Shown here: positions 41,625 to 51,068 of the stretch, in pieces | How the letters are laid out: every line of letters begins with the position of its first letter | How positions within the stretch are numbered: the stretch's first letter is position 1 | Source: an uncultured Gemmatimonadales bacterium | Lineage (GTDB): Bacteria > Gemmatimonadota > Gemmatimonadetes > Longimicrobiales > Gaopeijiaceae | Direction: 5' to 3' | Length of the DNA stretch: 64,000 nt | NCBI GenBank assembly: GCA_963823035.1 | Contig: CAWGKG010000008.1 | Span: 96,001-160,000, forward strand | Notes under the pieces: generated by a model | Seen by the model: only the letters and a program-made list of their open reading frames with translations | The model's database searches: none | What the model was told of the DNA's origin: nothing | Made by a program: the position numbers and the translations under genes

Positions 41625-42950
41625 TCAGTCCGTCTCGTCGCGGAGGGAGGTCGCAGACCCGATGCCGGACGCCACCTCCGGGAGGATGCCGTGTTCCACG
41701 TAGATGGGACGCCCGATGTCGCGCAACTCGGGGACCCTGCTTCCGAAGAAGATGGCGCCGCCGATGCAGATCACGCCGCCGCATACGACCGTCCACGGCG
41801 CGCCGATGCGCGTCGCCACCACGCCGGCCAGGAGGCTGCCGAACGGCATCATGCCGATGAAGGCCATCGCGTAGAAGGACATGACGCGGCCGCGCATCTC
41901 CTCGCGCACCAGCGTCTGGATCACGGTGTTGCTCGAGGCCATCTGGATCATGAAGCCGAAGCCCGCCGGGACCATCACGGCGAAGGAGAGCGCGAAGGAG
42001 CGCGAGAGCCCGAAGGCGGCGAGGGAGACGCCGAAGAGCGCGGCCGCCCGCGGGATGAGGCGCCCGAGCCCCACCACGCTGGTGCGCGACGCCAGGTGTA
42101 GCGCCCCGACCACGGCGCCGATGCCGGTGGCCCCCATCAGGAAGCCGAGGGTGTGGGGTCCGCCGCCCAGGGTACGCTCCGCGATCGCGGGCAGCAGCAC
42201 CGTGTAGGGCATGCCCGCTACGCTGACGAGTGCCAGCAGGAGGAGGGCCGCGCGGATGGGCGGGGAGCCGAAGGCGTAGCGGAAGCCGTCGGCCAGGTCC
42301 TGCAGCACCTTCTTCTCGGTCGCGCGGCGCGGCCGCTTCGGCAGACGCATCGCGAGGAGGGAGCCGATCACGGCGAAGTAGGTGACGCCGTCCAGGAGGA
42401 AGCACCACCCCTCGCCCACCCACGCCACGAGGAGGCCGGCCACGGACGGGCCCACCAGGCGCGCGCCGTTCACCATCGTGGAGTTCAGGGCGATGGCGTT
42501 GGACAGGTCGTCGCGGTCCTCGATCATGTCGACCAGGAGCGACTGGCGCGAGGGCGAGTCGAAGGCGTTGATGCACCCCTGGAGCGCCTGCAGCACGAGG
42601 ATGTGCCAGACCTGCACGGCGCCCGAAAGCGTGAGGGCGGCCAGCGCGAACGACTGCACGCAGGCGAACGACTGCGCCGTGAGGAGAACGCGGTAGCGAT
42701 CGAGGCGGTCCACCCACACCCCGGCGAAGGGGGCGAGCAGGAACGTCGGGATCTGGCCGACGAAGCCGACCACGCCGAGCATGGCGGCCGAGTGCGTGAG
42801 CCTCCACACGAGCCAGCTCGTCGCGAGACGGGTGATCCACGTCCCCACCAGGGAGACGCTCTGTCCCGAGAAGAACAGCCGGTAGTTGCGGTGTCGGAGG
42901 GCGCGGACGATCGTCCGCCTCCAGCCTTGGGCAGGCGTCTCCCTAGCCGT
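41625..42950 (-). CDS. MFS transporter (DHA3/EntS-like)
   Basis: RALRHRNYRLFFSGQSVSLVGTW lies upstream of the first canonical start (42848). Motifs FDSPSRQS, NAIALNS and MRGRVMS. The apparent start is ACG 42950. Confidence 0.9.
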   Translation of the reverse strand, partial: TARETPAQGWRRTIVRALRHRNYRLFFSGQSVSLVGTWITRLATSWLVWRLTHSAAMLGVVGFVGQIPTFLLAPFAGVWVDRLDRYRVLLTAQSFACVQSFALAALTLSGAVQVWHILVLQALQGCINAFDSPSRQSLLVDMIEDRDDLSNAIALNSTMVNGARLVGPSVAGLLVAWVGEGWCFLLDGVTYFAVIGSLLAMRLPKRPRRATEKKVLQDLADGFRYAFGSPPIRAALLLLALVSVAGMPYTVLLPAIAERTLGGGPHTLGFLMGATGIGAVVGALHLASRTSVVGLGRLIPRAAALFGVSLAAFGLSRSFALSFAVMVPAGFGFMIQMASSNTVIQTLVREEMRGRVMSFYAMAFIGMMPFGSLLAGVVATRIGAPWTVVCGGVICIGGAIFFGSRVPELRDIGRPIYVEHGILPEVASGIGSATSLRDETD

Positions 42951-43976
42951 CGCCGAGCTCCTCGAAGGTCTGGTTGCCGATGCGGTAGCGGTGCCAGTCC
43001 TGGTAGTCGAAGTGCCACCACTCGGCCTCGTACACCGTGAAGCCCTGCGCCTCCATGGCCTGGCGCAGGAGGGCCCTCAGCCAGCGCTGCCGCGACGTTC
43101 CGCCAGGGTAGTCGGGGAAGGAGCGCGGCGACATCTCGTCGTAGCCTCCGGTCATCACCACGGGCTCGCCGCTGGCGAGCTCGTAGAGGGTGAGGTCGAC
43201 CGCGCAGCCGCGGTTGTGGCGGGACCCGCTCGCGGGGTCGGCGACGAAGACGCGCAGCGCCTCGGGTGTCGCCTCCCAGAACATCTTCGTGACGTACCAC
43301 GGGCGGTAGCCGTCGTGGACGAGGAGGCCGTAGCCCTGCGTCTCGAGCCAGGCCTGGGCCCGCACCAGCGCCTCCGCCGCCGGACGCTGGAGGAACGCGC
43401 GCGCCTGGCTGTAGAAGACCTCGCCCATGAAGTTGTTCGTGGTGGCGTAGCGGATGTCGAGATGGATCGTGGGGTCGAGCCCGACCAGCTCGACGAGATC
43501 CGACGGGAGGAAGTCGCCCTCCTCCTCGGGGGGCGTGGCGGCGAGCGCCTCGGCGCGCAGCTCGCCGGGCTCGCGGATGGGCGTGATCTTGAACTGCCCG
43601 CCGTCCGCCGCGCCCAGCGACAGCCTTTCGTAGGTGCGCCCTTCCAGGACCACGGCCGCCACGCCGCCGTCCGTCGCCACGTCGGAAGGTGGCCACGGCC
43701 TCCGAGCCGCGGAGGGCGAAGGTGCTGTCGCTCGCCCTGGCCATCTCGAGCGGCTACGCCGTGCCAGCGCAGGAGCCGGAGCGTGCCGCCCTCCTCGAGG
43801 ACGGAGATCGTGTCCCCGTTCGCGTACTCGCCGATGAGGGGGCGGAGCGCCTCGGCGGGCCGAGGCGGCGGCTCCGCCGCGGCCGAAGCCCGGGCCGACG
43901 TGTCGACGCGGGCCTCGCCCGTGCACCCGGCCATGAGGGCGAGGAGGAGCAGCTCGAAGGGTCTTCGCCTGATCAT
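42943..43976 (-). CDS. D-alanyl-D-alanine dipeptidase (M15D, VanX/DdpX-like) lipoprotein; frameshift(s) near 43690-43750
   Basis: Lipobox MAGC. Motifs DIRYATTNNFMG, DGYRP, SRHNRGCAVDLT and EWWHF. Confidence 0.9.
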
Positions 43977-44037
43977 CGTACGTCCGGGTCCGGTTCGGGG
44001 ATGGTTGTGCGGCGGGTGCTCGCTTCGGGTCTCGGTC

Positions 44038-45372
44038 TCATGCGGCGCCGGCTTGTTCGAGCGCGCGGAGGCGCGCGGTGGCGCCCGCGGCCTGCGCGCG
44101 CCGGCTCTCCCCGGCGCGCAGGAGCGCGAAGCGGAAGGCGGGTGGACCGACGATCTGGTTCACCGCGATCATCGCGACGATGAGCGTGGCCACGTCGGTG
44201 CCCCACACGGGGAAGCGGTCGCGCACGATGTTGGCCACGCCGAGCGTGACGCCCGCCTGCGCGAGGAAGCCCATCCAGGCGTGGCGGCGAACGGCCGGGT
44301 CGCCGCCCACCACGAACGCCCCGATCCACGTGCTCGCGGCGAGCGCGACCGTGCGCAGCACCAGGATGAGGAGGACGATGGCCCACACGTTCGGGAGCAC
44401 GTCGATGCGCAGGTCCGCGCCCGCCACCGCGAAGAAGAGCGCGTACATGGGCAGCGAGTTCTGCTCGAGGGCGCGCAGGAAGCGGGGGCCCTGCTTCGAG
44501 AAGTTCTGGATGTAGAAGCCCGCCGCCATCGCGATGAGGATGTACTCGAGTCCGAGCTGCTCGCTGAGGCTGACCAGCGAGAAGGCGGTGACCAGCAGGA
44601 TCAGCACCCGGTTGGCGCCGCTCCGCCGCAGGTACTGAGTGAGCAGCCATCCGACGGCGACCCCCATCGCGAGGGAGGCCGCGATCGACAGCAGCACCGC
44701 GTCGAACGTGGAGAAGGAGAACGGCGTGGTCGGGTCGGCGATGACCGAGGCCAGGGGGATGAGGAGCGCGATCAGCACGAGGACGATCACGTCCTTCACC
44801 ACCGTGATGCCGAGCACCGTCTCGGTGAGCACGCCTCGGGCGCGCTCCTCCGTGATGATCGCGATGGTGGTGGCCGGGGACTTGGCGACCGCCACCAGTC
44901 CGAAGATCAGCCCCACCGCCAGCGCGGCGCGGGGCGGTGAGCCGTGCAGGAAGGGCACGAAGTGGCGGCCCCAGTAGACGGCGCCCACCACGGCCGCGAA
45001 GACCAGGACGATCTGGAACGCCAGGATGGACACGATGCTGGACAGACGTCGGCGCACGGCCTCGACGCGCAGCTCGCCGCCGGCCGCCAGCGCGATGAGG
45101 GCGAGCGCGCCTCCGTTGATGAGCCGGAAATCGATCACGGCTTCCTGCGGGAGGATGCCGAGCGCATGGGGCCCCACGGCGATCCCCAGGAGGAGGAAGC
45201 CGGTGATCCGCGGCAGCTCCACGGCGCGGCTGGCCAACCCGGCCAGATACGCGGCCAGAAGGAGGAAGCCGAGGAGGAGCGCCTCCCCGCCGCGGCCGCC
45301 ATAGCCCTCGCCGACGCTCAGGAGTGCCACCGTGATGCCGATCAGAACGACGAGGGTGAGGAAGCGCGACAT
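44038..45372 (-). CDS. Cation:proton antiporter (CPA2 / Na+/H+ exchanger family)
   Basis: Motifs LPRITGFLLLG, AGGEL, KSPAT, VVKDV, FFAVAGA and QAGVTLG, with about 13 TM segments. Confidence 0.88.
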   Translation of the reverse strand: MSRFLTLVVLIGITVALLSVGEGYGGRGGEALLLGFLLLAAYLAGLASRAVELPRITGFLLLGIAVGPHALGILPQEAVIDFRLINGGALALIALAAGGELRVEAVRRRLSSIVSILAFQIVLVFAAVVGAVYWGRHFVPFLHGSPPRAALAVGLIFGLVAVAKSPATTIAIITEERARGVLTETVLGITVVKDVIVLVLIALLIPLASVIADPTTPFSFSTFDAVLLSIAASLAMGVAVGWLLTQYLRRSGANRVLILLVTAFSLVSLSEQLGLEYILIAMAAGFYIQNFSKQGPRFLRALEQNSLPMYALFFAVAGADLRIDVLPNVWAIVLLILVLRTVALAASTWIGAFVVGGDPAVRRHAWMGFLAQAGVTLGVANIVRDRFPVWGTDVATLIVAMIAVNQIVGPPAFRFALLRAGESRRAQAAGATARLRALEQAGAA

Positions 45373-45453
45373 GCGGGGATTGTGGCCAGGGGGCGTGGAT
45401 GCGGGCAAGGAGGTACCTTTGGCAGCCCGTGCCGCCCTGCCCGGAGAGTTCCC

Positions 45454-45838
45454 ATGCGATGGTCCGCCGCCACCGTCCTCGTCACGCTCGCCGCCGGATG
45501 CGCGTCCTCCGGCTCCACGACTCCGCCGGGAACGGCCGCACGCGCGCGCGCGCGTGTTCGAGCCCGACCAGGTGGACCGGCAGCCCGAGCTGGTACGGTG
45601 CGGCGACTGGATCGACCACGGTGAGTCGCGCGAGCGGTACGCGGTGGTCCAGTTCGTGGTGAGCGCGACGGGCGAGGTGCGCGACCCCCGCGTGATCCGG
45701 ACGCCGCCGCGCGTTCCCGAGGTGGGGATCGAGGCGCTGCGCATCGCCCGCACCTGCACCTTCCGCCCGGCGACGGCAGGTGGGGAGGCCGTGGCGGTCC
45801 GCTGGTCCAAGCGCTTCGACTTCCCGGAGGCGGCGTGA
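45454..45838 (+). CDS. Small lipoprotein with a TonB C-terminal-like domain; frameshift at or near the (CG)7 run 45541-45554
   Basis: Lipobox AAGC, then VFEPDQVDRQP, VVQFVVSATGEV and FRPATAGGEAV. Confidence 0.75.
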
Positions 45839-46836
45839 GGGCCGCGCGGAGCGCCGCGCTCCTGGTCCTCGTCCTGACCACGGTCGTGCCGGAGGCGCTT
45901 CTCGCCCAGAGCGCGCAGGGGCGCACCGGCACGCTCGTCGTCCTGAACAAGGAGGTGGCGACGGCCACCTTCATCGACGTGGCGTCGGGCGAGACCGTCG
46001 CGACGCTGCCGACCGGCACGGGTCCGCACGAGCTGGCGATGACCCGGGACGGACGGTGGGCGATCTCCACGGACTACGCGGGCGGCAACAGCCTGACGGT
46101 GTTCGACGTCTCCGCGCCGCGCGTGGCGCGCACCATCGACCTGAGCGCGTACCCGCGTCCGCACGGCGCCTTCTTCCTCCCGGGCGACACGATCCTCGCG
46201 GTCACCTCGGAGGCGTCGCGGAACGTGGTGCTCGTGCAGCCGTTCCGGGGCGAGGTGCTGGGCGCCATCGCGACGAACGCGGCGGGATCGCACATGGTCG
46301 CCGTGACCGGCGACGGTCGCACCCTCTTCACGGGGGACATCGGCGCGGGCACGGTCTCCAGGCTCGACGTGGCGTCGCGGGCGAAGACGGGTGAATTCGC
46401 CGTGCCTGCGCAGCCGGAGGCGATCACGGTGAGCCGGGACGGCACGCAGGTGTGGGTGGGGAGCAATGCCGAGGGTGAGGTCTCGGTCGTCCGTCCCGGC
46501 ACCGGCAGCGTGGAGACCGCTCTCTCGGGCTTCCAGTGGCCGTACCGGATCCGCATCCTCGAGGATCGCGGTGTGGTGGTGATCCCCGATCTGTCGCTGC
46601 ACGTCGTGCGCTTCGTGGACTACGCCACGCACGACGAGGTGGGCCGGCTCGAGCTTCCGGACGAGGGCCCGCAGGGGCTGACGGTCACCCCCGACGGAGG
46701 AACGCTGTTCCTCTCCTTGAGCGTCTCGGGGCAGGTCGCGGTGATCGACCTGGCGTCGCGTCGCATCGTCCGGCGCCTGGAGGCCGGGCGGACGCCGGAC
46801 GGCATCGGCTGGTCTCCCCTGGTGGTGACGCGCTGA
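45835..46836 (+). CDS. Secreted YncE/YVTN beta-propeller protein
   Basis: Signal peptide and repeats TGTGPHEL, RPHG, SHMVAVTGDG, QPEAI, GPQGL and TPDGI. Confidence 0.88.
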   Translation: MRAARSAALLVLVLTTVVPEALLAQSAQGRTGTLVVLNKEVATATFIDVASGETVATLPTGTGPHELAMTRDGRWAISTDYAGGNSLTVFDVSAPRVARTIDLSAYPRPHGAFFLPGDTILAVTSEASRNVVLVQPFRGEVLGAIATNAAGSHMVAVTGDGRTLFTGDIGAGTVSRLDVASRAKTGEFAVPAQPEAITVSRDGTQVWVGSNAEGEVSVVRPGTGSVETALSGFQWPYRIRILEDRGVVVIPDLSLHVVRFVDYATHDEVGRLELPDEGPQGLTVTPDGGTLFLSLSVSGQVAVIDLASRRIVRRLEAGRTPDGIGWSPLVVTR

Positions 46837-46937
46837 GGGAGAGGCTCGGGCACGCGTCGGCGCGTCGGAAGGATCCCCGCGCGCGTAGCGTAGTACCACC
46901 ATCCGACCTGAAGACGCTCTCCAAGAAGAAGCCGCTC

Positions 46938-48525
46938 GTGAGCAGCCTGGCCCTGGCAGAAAAGCAATCCGACGTCCTCTCCGCGCTCCGCGGCCTGGGC
47001 GGGAAGGCCACCGTGGGCGACGTGGTCGCCGCCACGGGCCTCCCGGCCAACGATTCGCAGGCCGCCCTCAAGGAGCTGCTGGAGAGCCATCGCGGGCAGC
47101 TCGCCGTGTCCGACACGGGCGAGCTGCTCTACCGCTTCGAAGAGGACCTCATCCGCCGCGGTACCGAGCCGCTGCTCGCCCGCCTCAAGCGCACGACGTG
47201 GAGCCTCTTCTCCAAGGCGTTCAAGGCGTGGATCGTCATCATGCTGGTGGTCTACTTCGTGATCTTCGTGGTGCTGGTCCTGGCCGCGCTCTTCGCGAAC
47301 GACCGGGCGGGCGGCGACCGGCGGGGCGGGGGGTGGGGCGGACGCGGACGGAGCCGCGGAGGCGGGCTGCCGATCGGCAACCTCTGGTTCTGGTACTGGA
47401 TCTGGGGGCCGCGCTGGTACATCGGCCGTCCCTACTACGGCCGCCGCTGGGAGCGGACGCTCCACAAGGAGGACAAGGTCCCCTTCTACAAGAAGGTGTT
47501 CGCCTTCGTCTTCGGGCCGGATCGGCCCCACCCCACCGCCCAGCAGCTCGATCGCAGCACGCTCCGGCTCATCCGGGCGCGCAACGGCGTGATCACCGCC
47601 GCGGAGCTGGTGGAGCACATCGGGCGTGCCGTTGGAGGAGGCGGAGAGCGAGATGGGCCGGCTGGTGGGCGCCTACGACGGAGAGCCCATCGTTTCCCGT
47701 GAGGGTGAGCTCGCCTACTCCTTCCCCTCGGTGATGCTGAGCGCGCACGGCCGCGTCGCGGCGCGCGAGCCCAACCCGTCGTGGATGCGCCTCGAGTATC
47801 CGCTCGAGCTGACCGGCAACACGACCGGCGCCAACCTCGCGGTGGGCGGGATGAACACCTTCACGCTCGTGGCCGCCGCTACGTCGCCGTGGTTCATCTT
47901 CCCGCGCCTGGGCATCGGCGGGCCGGCGGCCTTCGTCGGCCTGGTGGTCGTGCCGGTGATCTTCAGCCTGATGTTCTTCGCGGTGCCGGCGCTGCGCACG
48001 TGGAGCGTGAAGCGCGAGAACGCCCGCCGGCGGAAGCGCAACGTGCGCCGCGTCACGCTCGGGCTCGTCTATGCGCGCTCGCTGGAGGGCCGTGAGGCCA
48101 CCGGAGTGACGGTCGAGGAGGCGCACGCGCACGTGGCGGCCCGCCTGGAGCACCAGACCGTGACGCCCGGCGCGGTGGAGAAGGTCCTGCACGCGCTCGC
48201 CGCCGAGTTCGACGCCGACGTCGCGCCCGACGCCGAAGGGCGGCTCGTCTTCCGCTTCCCGGCCATCCGCCGGCAGATGGCGGCCGGGGAGGCGGTGCGG
48301 CGGTCGCTCTCGCTCGAGGGGCGCGAGCTCGGCCCGATCGTCTACGACTCGGGCGACACGGCGTCCGAGGCGGACGCCCGCGACCTCGCGGCGTTCGACC
48401 GGGAGCTGGAGAAGGCCGACCTGAGCGGATACGTCCCTTCGCCCGATCGCGTGGCCTACGAGGCCGACTTCGAGTTGGTCGCGTCGGACGAGGAGGTCCG
48501 GACCGCGCGGCGGGCGCGCGCCTAG
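46938..48525 (+). CDS. Membrane protein resembling the cyanobacterial / plastid At5g03900-type family; frameshift near 47625
   Basis: ATVGDVVAATGL...GQLAVSDTGELLYRF, VFAFVFG and DGEPIVSREGELAYSFP, with TM helices. Recognised by eye. Confidence 0.7.
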
Positions 48526-48586
48526 GCGCGCGCCGGGATGGGCGCCGCCGGCCGGATGGCTCCGACCGGCGGCGCCGCTCACCCCG

Positions 48587-49048
48587 TCACTCCGCCGTTT
48601 CGAAGCGCGCGAAGCGACGAACCCGGACGGCCTCGCCCAGCCGCCCGGCGGTCTCCTTCACGAGGTCGCCGACCGTACGCCCGGGCTCGCGGATCCACGG
48701 CTGGGCCAGGAGCGCCTCGGTGCTCTCCGGCGCCGCGCCCGCGACGTGCTCGGCCACGCTGCGCGCCAACTCGCGGAAGTCCGCGGTGCGCGCCACGAAG
48801 TCCGTCTCGCAGTTGACCTCGACCAGCGCGCCCATGCGACCGGTGTGGTGGATGTAGCTGACCACCAGCCCCTCGCCGGCCGTGCGCTCGGCCCGCTTCT
48901 CGGCCTCCTTGCGCGCCTTCTCCCGGAGCAGCGCCTCTGCACGCTCCATGTCTCCCTCGGTGGCCTCCAACGCCATCCTGCATTGCATGACGCCGGCCCC
49001 GGTCCTCTCCCGGAGCTCCTTCAGCTCCGGCAGCGTGATCTTGTTCAT
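48587..49048 (-). CDS. tsf: Short elongation factor Ts paralogue (153 aa)
   Basis: SD GAGGAGG. Motifs LKELRERTGAG, EGLVVSYIH, LVEVNCETDFVAR, LLAQPWI and VRRFARFE. Confidence 0.92.
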   Translation of the reverse strand: MNKITLPELKELRERTGAGVMQCRMALEATEGDMERAEALLREKARKEAEKRAERTAGEGLVVSYIHHTGRMGALVEVNCETDFVARTADFRELARSVAEHVAGAAPESTEALLAQPWIREPGRTVGDLVKETAGRLGEAVRVRRFARFETAE

Positions 49049-49312
49049 GTCCGCCTCCTCGACGGTCGATCGGTGGATGGCGGCCAGACGCACGAACGCC
49101 CCACCTGGCCGCCGGCACAGGTGGGGCGTTCGAACGCGCGTTGCGCACGTTCCGCGGGAAGCGCTAGAGCATGCGTGCTTCCTCGACGGATGACCTACCC
49201 GTACCGAGATACTCCCGCGGGTCTCGAGGACCTCGGGTATCTCGGTGCTCCGGGTTGCCGATGCGCGGCGTCATCCGTGGTACGGTTCCGTGGTACGCGT
49301 GAAACTTCGTGG
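49049..49312 (-). promoter_or_regulatory. Structured 5' leader (candidate attenuator / cis-regulatory RNA) of the tsf paralogue
   Basis: Nested stems 49186-49194/49270-49278 and 49203-49212/49237-49246, a perfect 15-bp stem 49093-49107/49118-49132, and uORFs ending at TAG 49164. Confidence 0.65.
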
Positions 49313-49318
49313 TCGACG

Positions 49319-49347
49319 AGGCTACCCGGATCGGGGAGGCATGTCAA
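49319..49347 (-). promoter_or_regulatory. Sigma70 promoter of the tsf paralogue leader
   Basis: TTGACA (49347-49342), 17-nt spacer, TAGCCT (49324-49319). Confidence 0.75.
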
Positions 49348-49434
49348 CGCGCGAGGCGGCTCCCGGGTGTACATTGGACGGACCCTTCCGCCCACGTACA
49401 TCGCCCGGACCCACACCCCTCCAGGAGGGTGGAA

Positions 49435-50584
49435 ATGAGCCACCTCCGGTCCGCCGTAGGCGGAAGACACGCGCGCCGCGCGCGGCCGCCGCAGCCGTGA
49501 CGCTGAGCCTGATCTTCGCCTCGAGCGCCTTCGCGCAGCGACCCCGGCAGCAGGTCGTCATGGACTCGGCGCGCGCGCAGATGCTCTACGTGAGCGACGA
49601 GTGGGAGGACCATCCCGTCGCGGACTACGCCCGCGACCGTCGAAGGGAAGCGGGTCACGGACAGCATCTACGCGCGCCGTGACGCAGGGCGTGGTCGACT
49701 ACCGGAAGATCAGCTACCCGAGCCGTGTCGACGGGATGGAGATCCCGGCGTACCTCTTCCAGCCGCTCGAGAAGCGCGGCGCGCGCGGTCATGCCGCCAT
49801 GGTGTGGGTGCACGGCGGCGTCCACGGCAACTGGGGGACGTCGATGTGGCCGTTCGTGCGTGAGGCGGTCGAGCGCGGCTACGTGGTCATCTGCCCCGAG
49901 TACCGGGGCAGCACGGGCTACGGTGAGGCCCATCACCGCGCGATCGACTACGGCGGCTACGAGATCGACGACGTGATCACGGCCTACGACTGGATGGTGC
50001 AGAACCTGCCGCACGTCGACCCCGACAGGGTCGGCATCATGGGATGGAGCCACGGCGGCTACATCACGGTCCTGTCGGTCACCCGCGCCGACCATCCCTT
50101 CCAGGCGGGCGCCGCGATCGTGCCGGTCACGAACCTGATCTTCCGGCTCTCCTTCAAGGGTCCCGGATACCAGCGCGGGTTCTCCACGCAGCAGCGCATC
50201 GAGGGGCTTCCCTTCGAGAAGCGGGAGATCTACATCGAGCGCTCGCCGTACTACGCCGTCGACAGCCTGAAGACGCCACTGCTCGTGCACGTGGCCACGA
50301 ACGACGAGGACGTGAACTTCGAGGAGGACGGCATGCTGGTGTACAAGCTGCGCGCCACCAGGCCCGACCTCACGGAGACGAAGATCTACGTGGACCCGGC
50401 GCCGTGGGGCCGGAGCGTCGGGCACGCCTTCAGCCGGCGCGTGGACCCGGAGACGCTCGAGCGCGTGGATTCCCCCGCGCAGCGGGACTCGTGGAACCGC
50501 AGTTGGGCGTTCCTCGAGGAGCACCTGCGGCCCTACGAGGACCCGAACCACCCGGTGGACCTGGGCGACGGGATCCGGCGGTAG
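49435..50584 (+). CDS. Secreted S9 family peptidase / alpha-beta hydrolase; frameshifts near 49480 and 49640-49680
   Basis: SD AGGAGG. Motifs VWVHGGVHG, PEYRGSTGYG, GWSHGG, NDEDV and GHAF. Confidence 0.88.
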
Positions 50585-50594
50585 CCGGTCGGCT

Positions 50595-51053
50595 TCAGCG
50601 GGTGCCCTCGGCTTCGAGGCGGCCGCGCAACGAGTCGGCGAGGACGTTGTGCCCTTCGATGAAGGTGCGGCACGCGGCTTCCGTCGCCCGCAGCCCGGTC
50701 GCCCGGGCCCGCCATACCGTGACGGAGTCGTTGTAGCCCTCGAAGTGCTCGAGGTACTCGTCGTAGTGGTCCTCGGGCACGCCGCGCTCGTCCATGCTCT
50801 CGAAGTCGCGCACCGTTCCGCGCAGCGAGTCGACCACGGTGTCGAAGCGTCGGAAGAGGCGCTCCTGGTAGGCCAGCTCGTTGCTGCAGGAGTCGGCCGA
50901 GACCCGCGCACGGTACACCTGGTCGCGTAGCGTGCGGATCTCGTCCACGGTGCGGCGGCGCTCGATCAGGGTCCTCCCACCCATCACGGTGACGGCGAGG
51001 ACCGCCAGCACGCCGACGACGGCGAGGACGCGGGCCAGCGGTGTCCGAGGCAT
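50595..51053 (-). CDS. Hypothetical membrane-anchored helical protein
   Basis: N-terminal TM helix, coiled coil and two Cys; starts 15 nt after the oxidase stop. Confidence 0.7.
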   Translation of the reverse strand: MPRTPLARVLAVVGVLAVLAVTVMGGRTLIERRRTVDEIRTLRDQVYRARVSADSCSNELAYQERLFRRFDTVVDSLRGTVRDFESMDERGVPEDHYDEYLEHFEGYNDSVTVWRARATGLRATEAACRTFIEGHNVLADSLRGRLEAEGTR

Positions 51054-51068
51054 GTCGAGGGGGAGCGG

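Noticed and set aside
40398..43976. TetA-like and VanX-like genes as an acquired resistance cluster
   Set aside because: There is no tetR, vanHA/vanRS or mobile element, and the composition matches the host. These are ordinary chromosomal family members.
49275..49305. CCGTGGTACG direct repeat resembling a T-box core or CRISPR repeat
   Set aside because: There are only two 10-nt copies. The T-box-like reading is on the strand opposite the tsf leader and lacks the full consensus and stem I motifs.
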